A stretch of 64,000 nt of DNA from a candidate division WOR-3 bacterium (GTDB lineage: Bacteria; Hydrothermota; Tepidihabitantia; Tepidihabitantales; Tepidihabitantaceae), in the NCBI GenBank assembly GCA_965649225.1, contig CBFGJX010000001.1:1-64000 (forward strand), in the 5' to 3' direction. Under the pieces are notes generated by a model, which saw nothing but the letters and a program-made list of their open reading frames with translations, was not told the origin of the DNA and made no database searches. The position numbers and the translations under genes were made by a program. Shown piece by piece: positions 58,752-64,000 of the stretch; positions within the stretch are counted from its first letter, which is position 1, and every line of letters starts with the position of its first letter.

Positions 58752-60940
58752 CGCTCGTAGCGAAAATCGCGCCCCACCGACAGCACAAACTCAAACCGCA
58801 GGCTCCGGCCGGGACGGGGGAAATCCCCGGCGCCTACCAGAAACTGCAGTGGGCCGGCCGGTGTGTTGGTACGCAATCCGAATCCCGCTCCCCAGTGCAA
58901 AGCAGCATACGCCGGCGCTTCCAGTCGGGCCAGATCCGGCCGTTCGAAGATGCCGGCATCGATCACGGTCTGGATATAGACCGGGTAATCCTCACGCTCA
59001 AAAAGATTCAGCAGCCGATAATCGAAGCCACCACGAACCGCTGCTTGGAAATCGCCTGCCAGTTCACCGTCAGCAAAACCAACAAAACGCTCGCCGCCAG
59101 TTCGCAACAGCTCATTCGAAGCCGGCCTGCCGACAATGAGGCCAAGACTGAAGCCTCCGCGCCACAGCAACCGCCTGCCCAAGGCGACACCATTCTGCCC
59201 TGCTGCCAGCAGTTTGAGGAATCGCCGTCCACCACCCGTCGTCGGTAACGAGTACAGTGCCCTGATTCGCAACTCCCGCCCCGGACCCGGAAAATCAATA
59301 TCACGATAGGTATTGACATCCAGTCGGCCGGTCAGCCCGGCAACAATGTCTACGCCAGCTGAATCCGGCAGACTGCCGACCAATGCCCGATGACGCGCTC
59401 GGTATAGAACCAACCCAGCGCCCCAGAAATGTTCCTGTCCCAGCGACCACCCGGTCTCAGTTTCGATGCCGGTCAACGCCGTACGCCCGTAGGCTACTGG
59501 CACGCGCTCCCACCACCAGATTCTTCCTGCCTCTGAACACATGCCGTCGAAACGATAGGCCAGCGGCAAACCGAAGAGCCGCGTCGCCTCCAGTCCGGCC
59601 CGGACCTCGGTCGGATTGCCCAGCGTGAATGCACCGCGGGCCAGCATTCCTGAACCAAATAGGTTTCCCTGTCCAACAGCCAACCCAACGCCGACGCCGT
59701 CGCTGTTGTCATACCGCACTCCAAGGCCATAAAAGCCATGCGGCGGCTCTGAGAGCTCAATGACAATATCGGTGGACTCACCGACAACCGGCTCCAGTCG
59801 ATATCGGACGCTCTCGAAAAGACCGGTCGCATAGATACGCTCGAGATCGTCGACCAGCTCTGAGAAACTCAATAAGCCACCTGCCCGCGTCCGGACATTA
59901 CGCATGACCACCGACGGCCTGGTTGCGCGCAACCCCTCCAGCCGAACTGACCGCACTACCGGTCGAGGCCGCTGTGCCGGAGTTCTGCCCTTTCCGTATT
60001 TCACCTTGCCGGCCAGCCGACGTTTGAGTTCGGGTAACGCCTTCTGCGCGGCACTTTCACCAACGGCGATAAGCTCCGCCGCCCGGGCAAAATCCGAACT
60101 GCGAAAGCGGTCCAAATCCGGTTCAATGACGAAATCGGCCAGCGCCTTCTGCGCCTCGGTTTCAGCCGCACCGACAAGATCTACCGACCGGGCCGCAATG
60201 TCGACCACAGAAGCGCCAGAATCGGCATGACGACGACGAGTCAGCACCGCGATCACAAAGTCAGGCCCGAACTCTGCCAGCGGCTCGACCGGCAACCGTT
60301 GCTGTACACCGCCATCCACCAGCTGCATGGAGTCAATCTGTTCGGGAGCAAACACTCCGGGGATGGCAATACTGGCCCGAATCGCGCGCTGCAGTCGTCC
60401 TGCACGCAGAACGACACGCCGGCCAGTCAAAAGGTCAACTGCCACTGCCCGAAACGGCACCGGCAGACTGTCGAAGTCATAGTACGTCGAATACTCAATA
60501 TCAGAAAGCAGCCGCATCAGCAGAAAATCAACATTCTGCAGCGGTATGACTCCGCCGGGCAACTGTGGTACAAACCGACGATGGCGCAACTGGATGATGT
60601 AACGGTTCGCCCGCTGTCTCTCAGCCAGATAGCCGGAACCAATACTGATTTTCGTCGAGAACAGCCGGCTCCATTCTACGTTCAAGGCAATGCTCTCGAT
60701 CTGCTTGGCACTGAAACCGGCCGCCCAGACCCCGCCGACCATCGCCCCCATGCTCGTGCCGGCAACCGCAGCAACCGGTATGCTTTCCTTCTCCAGTACC
60801 TTCAACACCCCGACGTGGGCAAACCCCAGCGCTCCGCCACCAGACAATGCCAGTCCGACCCGAATGCCATCTCCCGTCACTGCGGCTGAAGCCACCGACA
60901 GCGCCAATACCATCCACAGCCCGAATGCGACAGCTCTCAT
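58748..60940 (-). CDS. Patatin-like phospholipase + POTRA + Omp85 barrel (PlpD / type Vd-like)
   Basis: LSGGGALG, GTSMG, DGG, POTRA (VRLEGLRATR..DLERIYATGLF), C-terminal barrel. Confidence 0.9.
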   Translation of the reverse strand: MRAVAFGLWMVLALSVASAAVTGDGIRVGLALSGGGALGFAHVGVLKVLEKESIPVAAVAGTSMGAMVGGVWAAGFSAKQIESIALNVEWSRLFSTKISIGSGYLAERQRANRYIIQLRHRRFVPQLPGGVIPLQNVDFLLMRLLSDIEYSTYYDFDSLPVPFRAVAVDLLTGRRVVLRAGRLQRAIRASIAIPGVFAPEQIDSMQLVDGGVQQRLPVEPLAEFGPDFVIAVLTRRRHADSGASVVDIAARSVDLVGAAETEAQKALADFVIEPDLDRFRSSDFARAAELIAVGESAAQKALPELKRRLAGKVKYGKGRTPAQRPRPVVRSVRLEGLRATRPSVVMRNVRTRAGGLLSFSELVDDLERIYATGLFESVRYRLEPVVGESTDIVIELSEPPHGFYGLGVRYDNSDGVGVGLAVGQGNLFGSGMLARGAFTLGNPTEVRAGLEATRLFGLPLAYRFDGMCSEAGRIWWWERVPVAYGRTALTGIETETGWSLGQEHFWGAGLVLYRARHRALVGSLPDSAGVDIVAGLTGRLDVNTYRDIDFPGPGRELRIRALYSLPTTGGGRRFLKLLAAGQNGVALGRRLLWRGGFSLGLIVGRPASNELLRTGGERFVGFADGELAGDFQAAVRGGFDYRLLNLFEREDYPVYIQTVIDAGIFERPDLARLEAPAYAALHWGAGFGLRTNTPAGPLQFLVGAGDFPRPGRSLRFEFVLSVGRDFRYER

Positions 60941-61641
60941 TCTTCCTTGAAAAGAGCCGCTATCTCGCCGCTATCCAGTCGTCGCCAGCCGCCAGGCCGC
61001 AAGCCGGCCAGCGACACCCCTCCGATCCTCACCCGGCAAAGCCGGCGAACTCCATACCCCAGCACTCCGAGCATCCGCCGGATCTCGCGCTTGCGTCCCT
61101 CACTCAGAACTACCCGTATCCGATCCGAACCAACCCGGCGGAGCGCCACAGCCCGGGCCGGGCCATCCGCCAATCGGACGCCGCGCCGCAAAGCTTCCAG
61201 AAGAGCTTCATCTGCTGGCCGGTCGAGTTCGACTTCGTACTCTTTCTGAACCCGGTAGCGGGGATGAGTCAATCGCAAGGCAAGCTCGCCGTCATTGGTC
61301 AGCAACAGTAAGCCTTCAGACTCACGATCCAGCCTGCCCACTGGAAACAACCGTTCCCCAAGCGGCACCAGTTCGGTGACCAGCGGCCCGGTTTCGCGAC
61401 CGCGGCGACAGCTTGACAGATAGCCCGCTGGCTTGTAAACAGCAACCACAGTCCGCCGTAGTTTGGCAATGACCAACTTACCTTCAGCAGTCACCCGGTC
61501 CACAGTCGGGTCAATTGACTGTCCAACTAGTGCCACCTTGCCGTTTACGCTAATTCTTCCGGCGCGTATCAGCTCCTCGCAATGCCGGCGGGAAGCGATA
61601 CCGGCATCAGCCAGAAACTTCTGCAGTCGCACTCGCACCAC
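60937..61641 (-). CDS. S4-domain rRNA pseudouridine synthase (RluB/RsuA family)
   Basis: RLQKFLA..GIASRR, GRLDRESEGLLLLTNDG, EGRKREIRRM; exact start uncertain (GTG 61641). Confidence 0.93.
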   Translation of the reverse strand: MVRVRLQKFLADAGIASRRHCEELIRAGRISVNGKVALVGQSIDPTVDRVTAEGKLVIAKLRRTVVAVYKPAGYLSSCRRGRETGPLVTELVPLGERLFPVGRLDRESEGLLLLTNDGELALRLTHPRYRVQKEYEVELDRPADEALLEALRRGVRLADGPARAVALRRVGSDRIRVVLSEGRKREIRRMLGVLGYGVRRLCRVRIGGVSLAGLRPGGWRRLDSGEIAALFKEE

Positions 61642-61702
61642 AGCTGCAAGCATCTGCAGTTCTGCCTCTTCTGTCAACCGGGAAATCGGTTAGAATGTCC
61701 TG

Positions 61703-62578
61703 ATGGAATGTCGCTGTTGTCCGTTTGCATGTGGTATTGACCGAAAAGTGCAACGCGGTGTCTGTCACGCCGGAACTGACATTGAGATCGCCCTCGCTCA
61801 GCTTCACTTCTGGGAAGAACCGCCGATCTCGGGCACGCGTGGTTCCGGAACGATCTTCTTCACTCACTGCAATCTACGCTGCCGGTTCTGCCAGAATCAC
61901 GATATCTCACAGGGCGGCCGAGGCAGAAAGGTCTCTCCCCAGCGCCTTGAAGAAATAATGCTCGAACTTCAAGCTGCCGGCGCTCACAATATCAACCTTG
62001 TTACCCCGACTCACTATTCCGAGCAACTCCTGCCGGTAATCCAGTCAGCTTCACGCCGTCTCCGAATCCCTTTCGTCTGGAACTCAAACGGCTACGAGGA
62101 ACCCGAGACTCTGTCGCGGTTCGAGGGCCTGATACCGATCTGGCTGCCCGATTTCAAGTACTGGGATGACTCAGCTGCCGCCAACTGCAGCTCGGCTCCG
62201 GAATATTCCCGCCACGCCCGGGCCGCAATCTCCGAGATGTTTCGTCAAGCCGGTCCGTTTCGAAGCGACGAAAATGGCATCGCCCGGCGCGGGGTCATTG
62301 TCCGGCACCTGGTACTGCCTGGCCTCGCCCATGACAGCATTCGAATCCTTGAATGGCTGGCGGACACGTTCGGTGACGAGATTCTCGTCAGCCTGATGGC
62401 CCAGTATTACCCAACCCACCGGGCAAGCGAACTGCCCGGCTTCAACCGCCGGCTGCTGCCGGCCGAATATGAACAGGTGCGCGAGCGATTCATCAGTCTC
62501 GGTCTGGAAGGATTCACCCAGGAATTGGCATCGGCCAGCTCAGACTTTACCCCGGAGTTCGATGGCCGTGGCACTTGA
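61703..62578 (+). CDS. PflX-like radical SAM protein
   Basis: CRCCPFAC, HFWEEPPISG..GSGTIFF, CNLRCRFCQN, LPDFKY, VRHLVLPG. Confidence 0.9.
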   Translation: MECRCCPFACGIDRKVQRGVCHAGTDIEIALAQLHFWEEPPISGTRGSGTIFFTHCNLRCRFCQNHDISQGGRGRKVSPQRLEEIMLELQAAGAHNINLVTPTHYSEQLLPVIQSASRRLRIPFVWNSNGYEEPETLSRFEGLIPIWLPDFKYWDDSAAANCSSAPEYSRHARAAISEMFRQAGPFRSDENGIARRGVIVRHLVLPGLAHDSIRILEWLADTFGDEILVSLMAQYYPTHRASELPGFNRRLLPAEYEQVRERFISLGLEGFTQELASASSDFTPEFDGRGT

Positions 62579-62614
62579 GTTGTCCGACAGTGGTCATGCA
62601 AGACTGAGACGGCT

Positions 62615-62642
62615 TTGACTTGATTTCTTCCGACGATAGACT
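62615..62642 (+). promoter_or_regulatory. Promoter TTGACT-N16-TAGACT, 6 nt before the purF GTG
   Basis: ttgact 62615-62620, tagact 62637-62642. Confidence 0.75.
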
Positions 62643-62648
62643 GCTACG

Positions 62649-64000
62649 GTGTGTGGCGTAATCGGTATTACGAATCGCCGACGCCCTGCTGGCGCTGAGC
62701 TGGTCGAAGGTTTGCTGGCGCTACAGCACCGCGGACAGGACTCAGCGGGAGTGCTGACTTCCGATGAAACTATCCATCTCAAGAAGGGCAATGGCACCGT
62801 CAGCCGGGTATTCAACGATCGCAATCTCGCCCGACTGACTGGCTGCCAGGGCATTGGTCACGTCCGCTATCCGACTATCGGCCCTGGATCGGCTGAAGAC
62901 GCCCAGCCATTCTACGTGAACCATCCGTACGGCATCGCGATGGTGCACAACGGCAACGTCACCAACTACCTGTCGCTGCGCCGTGAACTTACCAGCCGCT
63001 ACCGCCGTCAGCTCACCAGTTGTTCCGACCTCGAACCAATCCTCAATATCTTTGCCCAGCGTCTTGAGTCGTCGAAACGTCGCTTTGGCGCTGATGCGGT
63101 GTTCGCTGCCGTCGACGAGGTCTTCACCCGGGTCCGGGGCTCCTACTCGGTCATTTCTCTAATCCAGAGTCACGGCTTGCTTGCTTTCCGCGACCCGTGG
63201 GGGATAAAACCGCTGGTATTCGGCCGTCGTGGCCACGATTATGCTTTCAGTTCGGAAAGTGTCGCGTTCGATCGCCTCGGTTTCCAATTGATTCGTGACG
63301 TCAACCCGGGCGAAGCGATACTGATTGATGCCGCGGGACGTGTCCATTGCCGCCAGCTTCGCCCGGCACACCCTCGAACCTGCATTTTCGAATACGTCTA
63401 CTTCGCCCGACCCGACTCGATTATCGACGGCATCGAAGTATACGAAGCACGTCTGCGGCTGGGTGAACGGCTCGCCCGTGAAATACAGAAGCACCAACCC
63501 GAAGTCGATGTCGTCATCGCCGTTCCCGACACAGCCCGCACCGCCGCCGGCTCACTGGCCGAATCGCTCGGACTGCCCCTGCGGGAAGGGCTGATCAAGA
63601 ACCGCTATATTGCGCGTACCTTCATCATGCACGGCCAAGACCGCCGGGCACTGTCCGTCCGCCAGAAACTGAATACCGTCCGGTCCCAGATTGCGGGTCG
63701 CCGGATACTCTTGGTTGACGACTCGATTGTCCGCGGCACCACTTCTCGGGAAATAGTCCAGATGGTACGCGACGCGGGTGCCCGCTTTGTCGCGCTGGCG
63801 GTCACTGCCCCTCCTCTTCGCTTCCCCTGTGTCTATGGCATCGACATGATGACTCGAGGCGAGTTCATCGCCAAAGACCGCTCTCTCGCCGCAATCCGTC
63901 GCGCGATTTCCGCCGATGCGTTGTTTTATCAGAGTTATCAAGGACTGGTGGCTGCGGTTGCCGGCAACCACCCTGATCGCCGATTCTGCACCGCCTGCTT
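62649..64000 (+). CDS. purF: Amidophosphoribosyltransferase; runs off window end
   Basis: Not in the ORF track. Manual translation gives MCGVIG..LQHRGQDSAG..GHVRY..HNGN..CIFEYVYFARPD..VDDSIVRGTT..YGIDM. Confidence 0.97.
   Translation, partial: MCGVIGITNRRRPAGAELVEGLLALQHRGQDSAGVLTSDETIHLKKGNGTVSRVFNDRNLARLTGCQGIGHVRYPTIGPGSAEDAQPFYVNHPYGIAMVHNGNVTNYLSLRRELTSRYRRQLTSCSDLEPILNIFAQRLESSKRRFGADAVFAAVDEVFTRVRGSYSVISLIQSHGLLAFRDPWGIKPLVFGRRGHDYAFSSESVAFDRLGFQLIRDVNPGEAILIDAAGRVHCRQLRPAHPRTCIFEYVYFARPDSIIDGIEVYEARLRLGERLAREIQKHQPEVDVVIAVPDTARTAAGSLAESLGLPLREGLIKNRYIARTFIMHGQDRRALSVRQKLNTVRSQIAGRRILLVDDSIVRGTTSREIVQMVRDAGARFVALAVTAPPLRFPCVYGIDMMTRGEFIAKDRSLAAIRRAISADALFYQSYQGLVAAVAGNHPDRRFCTAC

Noticed and set aside
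62594..63971. Minus-strand ORFs at the window end
   Set aside because: They are antisense shadows of purF.
1..64000. Mobile elements, prophage or defence systems
   Set aside because: No transposase, integrase, phage structural, restriction-modification or toxin-antitoxin motifs were recognised.

Overview
GC-rich bacterial chromosomal segment, mostly housekeeping. The gene set (C25 and S8 proteases with FlgD/T9SS-like tails, Omp85 fusions, large SRP RNA) suggests an anaerobic diderm of FCB/WOR-3-like affinity; this is an inference. In order: partial sppA, ferredoxin and tryptophanase-like genes (-); mreBCD-mrdA-rodA-rlmN; fabD-GDT1-truD-Omp85/peptidase; a small GIY-YIG-like gene; S8 protease, Ig-like lipoprotein, beta-CASP nuclease and nfo (-); a gingipain-like C25 protease; PK_C protein, HIT and a frameshifted methyltransferase; gyrA; TPR and solute-binding proteins; ffs-dnaX-recR-hpf-hprK-EIIA; purL; tRNA-fMet; a 17-gene respiratory operon (40359-54991, -); mnmG, QueG-like, patatin-Omp85, pseudouridine synthase, PflX-like radical SAM and partial purF. 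The main discovery candidate is the operon. It joins a group 4 [NiFe]-hydrogenase with intact Cys motifs, a full Mrp-type module with three antiporter-like subunits, an AsrA/AsrB (HydB/HydG)-type NAD(P)H module and a degenerate NuoG/Fdh-like protein, which together resemble a complex-I-like NAD(P)H:H2 ion-translocating enzyme. A second window-wide signal is a recurring TTGAC-N16-TAnnnT promoter only 5-9 nt before start codons, implying frequent leaderless mRNAs. No CRISPR array, IS element or prophage was seen. All calls come from reading motifs by eye; no searches were run.
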